From positions 64,001 to 128,000 of IMG/VR virus record IMGVR_UViG_3300032156_000001: a stretch of DNA of 64,000 nt; one strand, written 5' to 3'. Shown in pieces: positions 1 through 9,381 of this stretch. The DNA comes from a virus. A model generated the notes under the pieces. It was not told where the DNA came from. It made no database searches and worked only from the letters and a program-made list of their open reading frames with translations. The position numbers and the translations under genes were made by a program. Within the stretch, counting starts at the first letter, position 1; each line of letters opens with the position of its first letter.

Positions 1-53
1 CTCGTCATTGACGATGACGGGCAACACGAAGGTCAGAAAGGGGGCAGGATGCG

Positions 54-1502
54 ATGACGAAGGAAGAACTGCTGGAACTGTCCAGCAGGTTGCCCAAGGA
101 CCGCGTCTTCATAGGTTTCTCAAGCCTGTCGGGGCGCTTCGTGCCTTGGGTCCCGGATGTGGAACTGAACCAGACGTTGATACCGTTGGGAGACCTGACG
201 GTCGACATGGTGGGGTGGTCGAAGCCCCATCCGAAGACGGGAGTAGTCCAGGTAGAAGTGAAGTCTTCCACAGCCATAGTCGACAACAACCGCGTCCACG
301 TGGGGGGAAACAAGTATTACGTCTCGGCCGAGTCGAACGTCTTCGACTACTACGTGGAGGGAGGACAATACAGGAGGGGGCTGGTCCGCTATCGCACGCT
401 GGAACACCTGTTCGGGGAGGCGCACCCCCGGTTCGCCGACATGGCCGACCGGTGCAAGCACCTGCTCGATCCCCAGCTGCGGGAGCACTATCCGTACCTG
501 ACGAACGGCGATCAGTACGCCACGGCGCCGCAGATCCTTTGCTGCGCGGAACTGGGCGTCACGGAGAAATACCCGCTGACCCCCAGGACCGGCAGGCCGC
601 CGAGCGCGCTGGCCGCGAAGACGGAATCGGTCCCCTTGTACGAGCACGCCGCGATGATGCTCTCGAGGAACGGCATCAGCGCGCGCAATCCGTCCACCGC
701 CGCGCCGCTCCGGGGGCTGTGCTCCCCCGCGAACGGCTCCGTCGTCGGCATCGACGACGCGACGGTGGAGGTGGTCTACAAGCAGGACGGCCAGGCGATG
801 CGGGAGCGGTATTCCGCCGACGAGATGAAGCAGCAACTGGCCGGGATCTTCGACGCGCTGTTCAGGGACCCGTGCGACGTGCACCTGATCCCTGTCGTGG
901 CCAAGGGCGAGGTCAGAGTAGTCGGGCCGGGGCAGGCCCTGTTCACCCCACTGCCCATCCAGTCCCGCAACAAGCCGTACCTGCCCGAACAGATCCAGCG
1001 GCTGCAGGCCGACATCCGGATCGGCATCGAGTACCTGACCGTCCTCGCCTCGCTCAAGATCGTGGACACGAAGGTCCTGGTGGACGCGGAGTTCGCGTTC
1101 AACCGCACCGAGCCGTTCGTCCTGCTCGACCCCATGCACGCCATCCAGTCCGTATCGAAGTTCAAGGGCACGCAATGGTCTCACGTCCCCAACAAGTCGG
1201 CCTACATCGTGGACCGGGCCGACATCTTGATCGACATGTGGCACACGGCGGTCCATGTGCCGAGCGCGTACCACCAGAAGCCGGCCGTCAAGCCGGCCAA
1301 GCCGAAGCCGCAGTTCGTCAAGCCGGTCGTCAGCGACTTCGGCCAGCCGGCCTTGGACGCCGTCCTGACGGAGCTCAAGAAGATGGCGCAGTCGAAGACA
1401 ACGCCGCCGGAACCGGCGGCGCAGGCCGTTGCGGAGCCGGCACCCGCCGCCGTTCCGGAGACTGCCGAGGCGCAAGCCGCGGAAACTCAGGCAATGGTGT
1501 AA
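54..1502 (+). CDS. hypothetical phage protein (482 aa) with Pro/Ala/Glu-rich C-terminal tail
   Basis: Long ORF with GC3-biased codons, followed by an intrinsic terminator; no family recognised. Confidence 0.75.
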   Translation: MTKEELLELSSRLPKDRVFIGFSSLSGRFVPWVPDVELNQTLIPLGDLTVDMVGWSKPHPKTGVVQVEVKSSTAIVDNNRVHVGGNKYYVSAESNVFDYYVEGGQYRRGLVRYRTLEHLFGEAHPRFADMADRCKHLLDPQLREHYPYLTNGDQYATAPQILCCAELGVTEKYPLTPRTGRPPSALAAKTESVPLYEHAAMMLSRNGISARNPSTAAPLRGLCSPANGSVVGIDDATVEVVYKQDGQAMRERYSADEMKQQLAGIFDALFRDPCDVHLIPVVAKGEVRVVGPGQALFTPLPIQSRNKPYLPEQIQRLQADIRIGIEYLTVLASLKIVDTKVLVDAEFAFNRTEPFVLLDPMHAIQSVSKFKGTQWSHVPNKSAYIVDRADILIDMWHTAVHVPSAYHQKPAVKPAKPKPQFVKPVVSDFGQPALDAVLTELKKMAQSKTTPPEPAAQAVAEPAPAAVPETAEAQAAETQAMV

Positions 1503-1520
1503 CGGGCGTTAGGACCCGCG

Positions 1521-1548
1521 AACGCCGGCAGCCCCGCCGGCGTTTTTT
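1521..1548 (+). terminator. intrinsic terminator
   Basis: Stem AACGCCGGC / GCCGGCGTT, 6-nt loop, followed by a T-run. Confidence 0.8.
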
Positions 1549-1565
1549 AGCTTCTTCCCGCGGTA

Positions 1566-1594
1566 TTGACTCCCGCCGCGTGGAAGGGTACGAT
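1566..1594 (+). promoter_or_regulatory. sigma70-like promoter
   Basis: TTGACT-17 nt-TACGAT just upstream of GGAGG RBS and ATG 1611. Confidence 0.65.
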
Positions 1595-1610
1595 CCTGTG
1601 GGAGGTCCTC

Positions 1611-2258
1611 ATGGCGCACGGCGACGGCTACCAGTTCGACGGCCAGGATGGCATCCCCGGCACGGTCGTTCCCAAGGTGCGGGGCGCCAACACCGTCACG
1701 TTCTTGAACGACCAGGTCATCCCGCATAACATCGTGGACGGGCTCAACGTCTACGCGCTAACGGAGGAGGGCTTGGAGAAGCTGCGGCAGGGGAACAAGA
1801 TGGTCAACGGAAAGCCGGTCGTCAAGGTGGGCTTCCTTGATGCGGTCGACCGCAGCAGGGAGCCTTACAAGCGCAACGCGATCGCGGATCCGGGGGAAGC
1901 GGGGATCTCGCTTCCCCCGGTTCCAGACAACGTCCGCCCGGTGGGCGGCCAGAAGGCAAGGCAGGCCGATGCCGCCGGCACGCGGCCGATGGCCGTCCTG
2001 TCGCCCGGAACGGCCAAATTCGCCGGCGGCGGGTTCTCGTTCACGGCGCAGTTCGCGCACATCGGCGTCGAGGACATCTACCTCGTGATGGTGCACGACG
2101 AGGACGCGATCTCGCTGGAGCTGCCCGGTGAAGGCCAGATAACGATCTCATGGAACGGCATGCGCTACAACTGCCTGCCGGGCCCGCGGTTCAAGATGGG
2201 CGCCGGCGCGCGGGCCGTGTTCAACGTCTACCTGATCGAGTCCAGCGTACCGGAGTAG
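1611..2258 (+). CDS. hypothetical protein, first gene of portal operon
   Basis: ORF 1566-2258; start moved to ATG 1611 behind GGAGG because the TTG at 1566 is the -35 box. Confidence 0.75.
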   Translation: MAHGDGYQFDGQDGIPGTVVPKVRGANTVTFLNDQVIPHNIVDGLNVYALTEEGLEKLRQGNKMVNGKPVVKVGFLDAVDRSREPYKRNAIADPGEAGISLPPVPDNVRPVGGQKARQADAAGTRPMAVLSPGTAKFAGGGFSFTAQFAHIGVEDIYLVMVHDEDAISLELPGEGQITISWNGMRYNCLPGPRFKMGAGARAVFNVYLIESSVPE

Positions 2259-2262
2259 GCCG

Positions 2263-2448
2263 ATGAAAAAGGACGGCGAAGTAAGGGCAGGGCAGACCCG
2301 CTGCGACCGCTGCGGCGCGGTGAGCGCCTCCGTTTCCGGCAAGGCGTGCCTCTGCAAGGGCCACGGCGCCAAGTCGGCTTCGGCGGAACCGGCGCTGAAG
2401 GCCGCCGCCGACAAGCTCGCGGAACTTCATAAGGCGAAGAGCCGATGA
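2263..2448 (+). CDS. small Cys-rich protein (CxxC...CxC)
   Basis: 61 aa; overlaps portal start (ATGA coupling). Confidence 0.55.
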   Translation: MKKDGEVRAGQTRCDRCGAVSASVSGKACLCKGHGAKSASAEPALKAAADKLAELHKAKSR

Positions 2449-4316
2449 TCGAGCCGCTTTCGGTTTACCCGATCCAGGGGCAGGCGATCTCGGCCGATCT
2501 TCAGAGCCGCTTCAGAGGCGCGTTCCCCGACCCGTACTGCGACTACGCCAGCACGCAGACGCCCCGCAGCATCTACGACGTGCTGCGCTGGTCGGAGTTC
2601 ACGTGGATGATCGACGGCACCTACAGGATGGCGTCGCGCCGCGTGGTCAGGTACTTCCTCACGAAGCTGGAGTTCACCGACGCCAGCGACGACGAGAAGA
2701 AGAAGTACAACGACTACCTCGAAGACACGATGAAGATCATGAGGATCCTGGCGCTCCTCGGCGACAACTTCATCTGCTACGGCAACGTCTTTGTGTCGCT
2801 GCACGTCCCCTTCCGCCGCTACCTGAAGTGCCCGAAATGCAACCTGGAGCGGCCGATCGGCAACGTCAACTACGGGTGGTCCGACTACAGCTTCACCGCC
2901 GAGTGCAAGTGCGGGTACAGGGGGCAGCACACGCGCGTAGACAGGCGCAGCGTGGAGGCCGACCCGCCCAAGGTGGTCTTCTGGCCGCCGCAGGAGATGC
3001 GGGTCCTGTACAACGTCCTGACTGGCGACTCGGCGTACTTCTGGCAGATCCCCGGCTACGTGCGCGATTACATCCAGCGGGGGAACAAGCACTATCTGGA
3101 AGGCACGCCGTGGGAGGTCATCGAGGCGGTCAAGCAGAACAAGCTGTTCCGCTTCAACGACGACGTCATCTTCCACATGCGCGACGACTCCATTGCTGGA
3201 CTCCGGCACTTCGGCTGGGGCATACCGATGATAATGGCCAACTTCAAGCTGGCGTGGTCGATCCAGGTGCTGAAGCGGTACAACCAGGCCATCGCCCTGG
3301 ATTACATCATCCCGTTCAGGGTCGTCACGCCGCATCCCGGCAACAGCCGCGAGTCGGACCCCGTGCTGCACGTCAACCTGGGCAGCTTCAACGCCAACGT
3401 GGCGGCCATGATGCGCAGGCACAGGCTGGACCCGACGCAGATCAACTTCTTGCCGTTCCCTATCGACTTCCAGATGCTGGGAGCGGAGGGGAAGAACCTG
3501 GCGCCGGTGGAGCTGATCGACAAGACCACCGACGAGCTGCTGAATGCGCAGGGCATCCCGGCTGAGCTGTACAGGGGGACGCTCCAGGTGCAGGCCATGC
3601 CGACGGCCCTGCGCCTGTTCGAGCGCACCTGGACGCACCTCGTCAGCGGCATGAACGAATTCCTGGATTGGTTCTGCAAGCAGATCTCCGAGATCCGCAA
3701 CTGGGAGAACCTGCACGCGCGCCTGCAGCCCACCACGCTGGCCGAGGACATCGAGCGCCGGCAGATCCAGCTCCAGCTCGCGGCCGGCAGCCAGATCAGC
3801 CGGCAGACCGCGTGGGCGCCCTTCGGCATCGAGTACAGGGAAGAGGTCAAGCGGATGCTGGAGGAGAACGCCTTCGCGCAGCGCGAGCAGCAGCGGTTCC
3901 AGCAGGAGCAGCAGCAGCAGGCGCTCATGGAGGACACGGTCTACCAGATCTCGTCCGGCCAGGCGCCCGCCGGAAACGACCCCAACGCGCAGGCCCAGGC
4001 GCAGCAGCAAGGACAGCCGGTCCAGCAAGGCCAAGCCGGCCAGCAGCAGGCTGCACCGGTCCAGCAAGCCGGCATACAGATCCTGCAGCCTGCCGCCGGC
4101 ACCACGCCGGAGGACATGCTGGCGCAGGCGGAACAGATCGCCGGACAGCTGCTCAACATGCCCTACGAACAGCGGCGCGTGGAGATGACCAAAATTAAAC
4201 GTGGAAATGAAACTCTTCACAGCCTAGTTTTGTCAAAAATGGATCAGATCCGGCAGCGCGCGCAGACCCTCGGCGGCTACCAGATGATCCCGCAGCTGAC
4301 GGGCGCTGCCCAGTGA
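2445..4316 (+). CDS. putative phage portal protein with Zn-ribbon insertion and Gln-rich tail
   Basis: 623 aa; LGDNFICYGNVFVSL resembles the portal GNAF/GNAY motif; CPKC...CKC insertion; QQQ-rich C-terminus. Confidence 0.6.
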   Translation: MIEPLSVYPIQGQAISADLQSRFRGAFPDPYCDYASTQTPRSIYDVLRWSEFTWMIDGTYRMASRRVVRYFLTKLEFTDASDDEKKKYNDYLEDTMKIMRILALLGDNFICYGNVFVSLHVPFRRYLKCPKCNLERPIGNVNYGWSDYSFTAECKCGYRGQHTRVDRRSVEADPPKVVFWPPQEMRVLYNVLTGDSAYFWQIPGYVRDYIQRGNKHYLEGTPWEVIEAVKQNKLFRFNDDVIFHMRDDSIAGLRHFGWGIPMIMANFKLAWSIQVLKRYNQAIALDYIIPFRVVTPHPGNSRESDPVLHVNLGSFNANVAAMMRRHRLDPTQINFLPFPIDFQMLGAEGKNLAPVELIDKTTDELLNAQGIPAELYRGTLQVQAMPTALRLFERTWTHLVSGMNEFLDWFCKQISEIRNWENLHARLQPTTLAEDIERRQIQLQLAAGSQISRQTAWAPFGIEYREEVKRMLEENAFAQREQQRFQQEQQQQALMEDTVYQISSGQAPAGNDPNAQAQAQQQGQPVQQGQAGQQQAAPVQQAGIQILQPAAGTTPEDMLAQAEQIAGQLLNMPYEQRRVEMTKIKRGNETLHSLVLSKMDQIRQRAQTLGGYQMIPQLTGAAQ

Positions 4317-4326
4317 CGGAGCAACT

Positions 4327-4755
4327 TTGATGCTGCAGCTAGAGTTGAGCAACCTCCTCACCGTCGCGCTGGCCGCGCTGGCCCTGATGGGCGGGATGGT
4401 CGCGTTCATCGTGAGGATGTACGACGCGAAGCTCAAGGACCTGTCCTTGCGGGTGGACGGCGCTTTCCGGGCCTCGCAGGCGGCCGAAAAAGCCGCCGTG
4501 GACGAGGAGAAGAACCGCATTCTGGCGGTGCAGGCTTTGGCCGACGCTCGCAGCGCGGAGCACAAGGACGCCTTCACGAGGTCGTATAGGCGGATAGAGG
4601 ACCTTGAAAAGGAGGTCCATCAGTCCGCGATACAGACGCAGCGGCAGGTCAGCGATCTGGAAGTCACGGTATCCAGTTTCGGCGGCATGTACGTCACTAA
4701 GCATGAGCTGGAGCGCTGCCAGGACACGAACACCGGCCGTCATGGAGGTACATAG
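4327..4755 (+). CDS. N-terminal transmembrane + coiled-coil protein
   Basis: Hydrophobic LLTVALAALALMGGMVAFIV followed by a charged heptad region. Confidence 0.65.
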   Translation: MMLQLELSNLLTVALAALALMGGMVAFIVRMYDAKLKDLSLRVDGAFRASQAAEKAAVDEEKNRILAVQALADARSAEHKDAFTRSYRRIEDLEKEVHQSAIQTQRQVSDLEVTVSSFGGMYVTKHELERCQDTNTGRHGGT

Positions 4756-4756
4756 C

Positions 4757-5131
4757 ATGAGATTCCTGATATTCGACTCCAACAGGGTCTACGCCAAGAA
4801 GGTGCAGGCCCTGATCGAGGAACACATCAAGGACGCCGAGGTGGAGCTTGCGCACAACATCCCTGTGCTTCGCCAACGGCTGGACGGCGCCCGATACGAC
4901 CTGATCCTTGCCGACGTCGACACCACGCTCGATACCGCGGCGGCCCTGAAAGAGCTGAACTTGGTCGCCAAGAAGAGCATGGTCGTGGTCTGGTCCGCCG
5001 TCCGCACCCCGGTGACCAAGACGCAGGTATCGCCCCGCTGTGACGCGGCCATGGTGCTGCCGAAGGCCTTCGAGCCGAAAGCCATCCAGGTCGCGCTGGA
5101 CAAGGTGATACACGCGCGATGCGCCGTCTGA
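4757..5131 (+). CDS. stand-alone response-regulator receiver (CheY-like) domain
   Basis: MRFLIFDSN...YDLILADV...VVVWSA...VLPKAF follows the receiver beta1/D/T-S/K pattern; GGAGG RBS before ATG 4757. Confidence 0.65.
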   Translation: MRFLIFDSNRVYAKKVQALIEEHIKDAEVELAHNIPVLRQRLDGARYDLILADVDTTLDTAAALKELNLVAKKSMVVVWSAVRTPVTKTQVSPRCDAAMVLPKAFEPKAIQVALDKVIHARCAV

Positions 5132-5916
5132 TATGCGGTGTTTTCTGTGGTGAATTCGGCTGGGAACTGATGTCCTGGCAGGGCTATCTTCGTCGGCAGG
5201 CCAAGGGATTTGATGAGGTTGTCGTGGCGGCCCCGAAGGGCCACGAGCTGCTGTACGCCGACTTCTGCACGCAATATGTCCCTCATTGCGTGACGGGCGA
5301 CAAGGACTGCTGGTTCATCCGGGAGGCAAGCCCGGAGCTGGCCATCGTGGATCAGCATCTGGCCCGCATGGAAGGTACGTGGATCAAGCCGGCCAGGAAG
5401 TATTCGCTGGCCGAGCAGGACTTCGTGCCGTTCGGCGACCCCCAGCTGGCCCCGCCGGATTACCGCTTCGACGTCGTCATGCACGTGCGCGCGCTGGCGG
5501 GCCGCTCTGCTGAGCGCTCCTGGACGTCCGGCCACGCCGATGAAGTCGCTGCGCGCCTGTTGAGAGCCGGATACAAGGTCGCCGCCACCGGCCACTCCGC
5601 GCGCTGCCCGGCGGGCGCGACCGACATCCGCGGCCTGCCGCTGGCGCAGGAGGCCAACATCCTGGCGGCGGCAAGGCTGATGGTCGGCCCGTGCAGCGGC
5701 CCGATCCACTTCGCCGCGCTGTGCCGGCTGCCGGCGCTGGCCTGGACGGATAAGCGGTATTGGAGCGTTCTGGGCGGCACGAACAAGCAGCGGCTGGAGG
5801 AGCTGTGGAACCCGCTGCGGACTCCGGTCCACGTGATGGAGGACGGTTGGGAGCCGTCCATAATTGCCGTGGTCAGCACCGTAATGGCGTTGTTGGGCCT
5901 GCCGAGGGAAGTATGA
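5119..5916 (+). CDS. glycosyltransferase family 9-like protein
   Basis: C-terminal ARLMVGPCSGPIHFAALCRLP matches the GT9 DSGPxHLAAA pattern. Confidence 0.7.
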   Translation: MRRLICGVFCGEFGWELMSWQGYLRRQAKGFDEVVVAAPKGHELLYADFCTQYVPHCVTGDKDCWFIREASPELAIVDQHLARMEGTWIKPARKYSLAEQDFVPFGDPQLAPPDYRFDVVMHVRALAGRSAERSWTSGHADEVAARLLRAGYKVAATGHSARCPAGATDIRGLPLAQEANILAAARLMVGPCSGPIHFAALCRLPALAWTDKRYWSVLGGTNKQRLEELWNPLRTPVHVMEDGWEPSIIAVVSTVMALLGLPREV

Positions 5917-6713
5917 AGCGCCTTATCGCAGGGCCGTGGGCGGGGGAGCTGGGCTGGGAGCTCATGTCCTGGCAGGGGCTCGTCCGCAAGCTGAGCAGGG
6001 GTTACGACGAGACGGTCGTCTGTTCCGACGACGGCCACCAAGCCCTGTACGCCGACTTCGCGGCGTCGTACATACCGCACAAGCTGCTGGGGCAGCGGGA
6101 CTGCTACCACTTCATGCCCGCCAACCCCACGGCGTTCTTCGCGCTGATGGACAGCCTGACCAAGATGGGCGGCGACTGTGTCAGGCCGACGATACAGGCG
6201 CTGATGGCGCAGCAGGAGTTCATACGGTACGGCAACGCGGCCAGGTGCCCGGAGAACCGCCGCTACGACGTGCTGGTGCACGTGCGGCAGAAGAGGGACG
6301 TGAAGGTGCAGCGGTCGTGGCCGGAGGATCATGCTGTCGGCGTGGTGAAAACGCTGCGCGAGGCGGGGCTGCGCGTCGGCGCCATAGGCGCGCCAGGCAC
6401 GCCGATGGCCGGGGCGGCCAACGCGATCGGCTTCCCGCTGGGCGAGCTGATGGATGTGCTGGCCGCCGCTAAGCTGGTCGTCGGGCCGTGCAGCGGGCCG
6501 ATCCACCTGGCCGCGCTGTGCGGGACGCCGGCAGTCGCGTGGACGGACACGAGAAAATGGACTAGTCTGAAGTTCACCAACCGCGAGCGGCTGGAGCGGT
6601 ATTGGAACCCGCTCGGTACGCCCGTGCGCGTCGTCGACAAATACGGCTGGCTGCCGCCTGCCGACATCGTGGTCGGGCAGGCGCTGAGCTTCCTGGCGGA
6701 GATGAAGCGATAG
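5913..6713 (+). CDS. glycosyltransferase family 9-like protein (paralog of 5119-5916)
   Basis: Shares GExGWELMSWQG and VGPCSGPIHxAALC with the upstream gene; ATG 5913 overlaps the upstream stop. Confidence 0.7.
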   Translation: MKRLIAGPWAGELGWELMSWQGLVRKLSRGYDETVVCSDDGHQALYADFAASYIPHKLLGQRDCYHFMPANPTAFFALMDSLTKMGGDCVRPTIQALMAQQEFIRYGNAARCPENRRYDVLVHVRQKRDVKVQRSWPEDHAVGVVKTLREAGLRVGAIGAPGTPMAGAANAIGFPLGELMDVLAAAKLVVGPCSGPIHLAALCGTPAVAWTDTRKWTSLKFTNRERLERYWNPLGTPVRVVDKYGWLPPADIVVGQALSFLAEMKR

Positions 6714-6727
6714 GACGGGAGGGAACG

Positions 6728-6865
6728 GTGAGTGGCGTGGGCGGACAGGGACATTCGGATAAGTCCAACGGCATATCGGCTTGGATCTTCGCCGCGTGCG
6801 TCGGGTTGGGCCTGCTGGCGCTGCTGATAGCGGTGCTGGTCCACCAAATAGGCAAGGGAATCTGA
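6728..6865 (+). CDS. small single-TM protein
   Basis: GTG start; WIFAACVGLGLLALLIAVLV hydrophobic stretch fills the gap between genes. Confidence 0.4.
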   Translation: MSGVGGQGHSDKSNGISAWIFAACVGLGLLALLIAVLVHQIGKGI

Positions 6866-6874
6866 CCGAAGAAC

Positions 6875-7438
6875 ATGGTTGGACGGACGATGAGGCTCAA
6901 CGCGGCGGAGCGCGCCGCCCTTTACGACCAGCGGGGAGCGGCGTACTGCTCCCCGCTGGACCTGACGCTGCCGTTCATAGACGAGATGCTGCCGCGCAGC
7001 GTCTCCAGCGTCCTGGACATCGGCTGCGGCCGTGGCGACATCCTGGCGTATGCGGCCAAGTCGCTCAAGCTGGCGGGCGACGATGCCACAGGCGTGGATA
7101 TCAGCTCGGTGCGCATAGCGTACGCTAGGCAACAGCACCCGGCGCTGCGTTTCGTGGCCGCGGACGCCTTTGAGTTCCTTTCGGCCCCCGGGCTGCGCTA
7201 CGGAGCGGTCCTCCTGTTCGAGGTGCTGGAGCACGTCGACGACGACCTGAAGCTGCTGGCCTTGGCGCGGGCGGCCTGCGCGGGCAGGATCCTGGGGTCG
7301 CTGCCCGTCAGGGTCAAGGAGATGACGCACGCGCGCGACTTCGCCAGCCACGAGGAGGCCGCGCGGCGGTACAGGCTGACGTCGTGGCGGGCCCGCGGCC
7401 AGCACGTCCTGTTCTCGATGGAAGGAGGCACGGCGTGA
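6875..7438 (+). CDS. class I SAM-dependent methyltransferase
   Basis: VLDIGCGRG motif I, GVDIS, VLLFEVLEHV. Confidence 0.85.
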   Translation: MVGRTMRLNAAERAALYDQRGAAYCSPLDLTLPFIDEMLPRSVSSVLDIGCGRGDILAYAAKSLKLAGDDATGVDISSVRIAYARQQHPALRFVAADAFEFLSAPGLRYGAVLLFEVLEHVDDDLKLLALARAACAGRILGSLPVRVKEMTHARDFASHEEAARRYRLTSWRARGQHVLFSMEGGTA

Positions 7439-7914
7439 TCAAGGTGTACAACCCGGCGCTCACCGACATCTCGAAGGCGGCCGTCATAGGCGACGGCACC
7501 CGGATAGGGGTGTTCACGCGGATAGCGGCGCACGTGAAGATAGGCCGCAACTGCCTGATAGGATCGCACTGCAACGTGTGCGACGCCGTCGTCATAGGCG
7601 ACAACGTGTCGGTGCAGACGCGCTGCCACATCACCCGGATGACGGCGATAGGCAACGACGTGTTCATAGGCCCGGGCCTCGTAACCACTAACGACAAGTA
7701 CATGCGCAACGCCGGCCTCTGCATCGGCCCGAAGATAGAGGACGGCGCGCGGATAGGCGGCGGCGTCGTCCTCCTGCCCGGGGTAGTGGTGGGGAAGCTG
7801 GCCGTCGTGGGCGCCGGCAGCGTGGTGACGAAGGACGTCCCGGCCGGCATGCTCGTGTACGGCAACCCGGCCAGGGTGATCGGTCCCGCATCGGCGCTTG
7901 GGGAGAGGAAGTGA
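7435..7914 (+). CDS. hexapeptide-repeat (left-handed beta-helix) sugar acetyltransferase
   Basis: IGDGTRIG, IGNDVFIGPG, VGAGSVVTKDVP, GNPARVI; GTG 7435 behind GGAGG. Confidence 0.9.
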   Translation: MIKVYNPALTDISKAAVIGDGTRIGVFTRIAAHVKIGRNCLIGSHCNVCDAVVIGDNVSVQTRCHITRMTAIGNDVFIGPGLVTTNDKYMRNAGLCIGPKIEDGARIGGGVVLLPGVVVGKLAVVGAGSVVTKDVPAGMLVYGNPARVIGPASALGERK

Positions 7915-8600
7915 ACGTCTCGGTCCTGATACCCGTGCGGAACAAAGCAGGCGTCATCGGCCGCGTTCTGGCGGCGCTGGCGCCGCAGCTGGAGAGCGGC
8001 GACGAGGCCGTCGTCCTGGACGACCGATCGTCGGACGACAGCGGCGCGCAGGTAGCCGCCCATCCGGTCCGCCTGCTGACCCGCACCGGGGACCCGAAGC
8101 CGTACAGGCTGGCCAGCGCGCGCAACCTTCTCGTCCGCGAGGCGGCCAATCCCGAGCTGGTGTTCCTGGCCGCGGACTGCGTGCCGGAACCGGAGTTCAT
8201 CGCTGAGCACAAGCGTGGGCTGGCTGTGCGCACGCCGCGGATGATGGTGGCCGGCAGGGTCTGGAACCCCGGTTACGTCGGCGTGCGGCCGGAGCCGCTG
8301 CTGTCCGTGGACGACAAGTGGCGCAGGGTGTTCTCCGGCAATCTGAGCATGTCCAGGCGCGACTTCGACATGATAGGCGGGTTCGACGAGAACTTCGACG
8401 GCGCCTGGGGCCAGGAGGACGTGGAGTTCGCCTATCGCGCCGTCCGAGTTTATGGATACAGGATCCTTCGGATCGGCGCGGCCGCTTGGCACGATCCCCA
8501 TCCCAGGTGCGAACCGAGGTGCGACAGGAACTATGTCTACTTCAGGCGCAAATACAACCGATGTCCTGGTCTGCGCGGCACCGACGGGCGTGGTTCCTGA
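7911..8600 (+). CDS. glycosyltransferase family 2 (GT-A, GT7C-like C-terminus)
   Basis: VSVLIPVRN, VVLDDRSSD, GGFDENFDGAWGQEDVEF. Confidence 0.85.
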   Translation: MNVSVLIPVRNKAGVIGRVLAALAPQLESGDEAVVLDDRSSDDSGAQVAAHPVRLLTRTGDPKPYRLASARNLLVREAANPELVFLAADCVPEPEFIAEHKRGLAVRTPRMMVAGRVWNPGYVGVRPEPLLSVDDKWRRVFSGNLSMSRRDFDMIGGFDENFDGAWGQEDVEFAYRAVRVYGYRILRIGAAAWHDPHPRCEPRCDRNYVYFRRKYNRCPGLRGTDGRGS

Positions 8601-9372
8601 CAGGCAGGACAACCCGCACGTCCCGCTGTCCGTGAAGGAGATCGCGGACTGCGCGGTGGCGTGCGCCGACGCCGGCGCGGCCATGATCCATCTGCACGTC
8701 AGGGACGATGACGGTCGGGCCACGCTGTGCCCGAACAGATACACCCGCGTCATCGCTGCCATAAGGGAACGGCGGCCCGGCTTGGTGCTGTGCGTGTCGC
8801 TGAGCGGACGCGGCGGCGTGCCGGAGGCGGACCGCCATGGCCCGCTTTCGCTGGCCGGCGACGTAAAGCCCGACATGGCCAGCTTGACGCTCAGCTCGCT
8901 CAACTTTCCACGCTGCGCCAGCCCCAACCCACCTGAGCTGATCCAAGGGCTCGCCCGGCACATGTTGGATAGGGGGATCGCGCCGGAGTTGGAGGCGTTC
9001 GACCTGGGCATGGTCAACTATGCGAAGTACCTGATCGGCAAGGGGCTGCTGGAGCCGCCGTACCGGTTCAACCTGCTGCTGGGGAACATCGCGGGCGCTC
9101 AGCTGGACCCGCTGCACTTGGGCGCCATGCTGGCCGCGCTGCCGCCGGACTCGATGTGGCTCGCGGCGGGCATGGGTTTGCGCCAGCTGGCCGCCAACGC
9201 GCTCGGCATCATGTTTGGCGACGGTATCCGCGTAGGGATAGAGGACAATCCCACGGAGGGGCTGAGCAACGAGGAGCTCGTGCGTCGCGCGGTCGGGCTG
9301 GCCGCGCTGTTCGGCAGGAAACCGGCGACTGCCGTTGCGGCAAGGCAGAAACTGGGCTTGCCGGCCCGATAG
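8533..9372 (+). CDS. 3-keto-5-aminohexanoate cleavage enzyme family (BKACE/DUF849)
   Basis: CAAPTG, GAAMIHLHVRD, KPDMASL, IAPELEAFD, GIRVGIEDN. Confidence 0.85.
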   Translation: MSTSGANTTDVLVCAAPTGVVPDRQDNPHVPLSVKEIADCAVACADAGAAMIHLHVRDDDGRATLCPNRYTRVIAAIRERRPGLVLCVSLSGRGGVPEADRHGPLSLAGDVKPDMASLTLSSLNFPRCASPNPPELIQGLARHMLDRGIAPELEAFDLGMVNYAKYLIGKGLLEPPYRFNLLLGNIAGAQLDPLHLGAMLAALPPDSMWLAAGMGLRQLAANALGIMFGDGIRVGIEDNPTEGLSNEELVRRAVGLAALFGRKPATAVAARQKLGLPAR

Positions 9373-9381
9373 GAGGGATTG

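Noticed and set aside
8-1729. 573-aa plus-strand ORF and the long minus-strand ORFs across the window
   Set aside because: Alternative-frame shadows typical of high-GC DNA (Arg/Gly/Pro-rich) overlapping better-supported + strand genes
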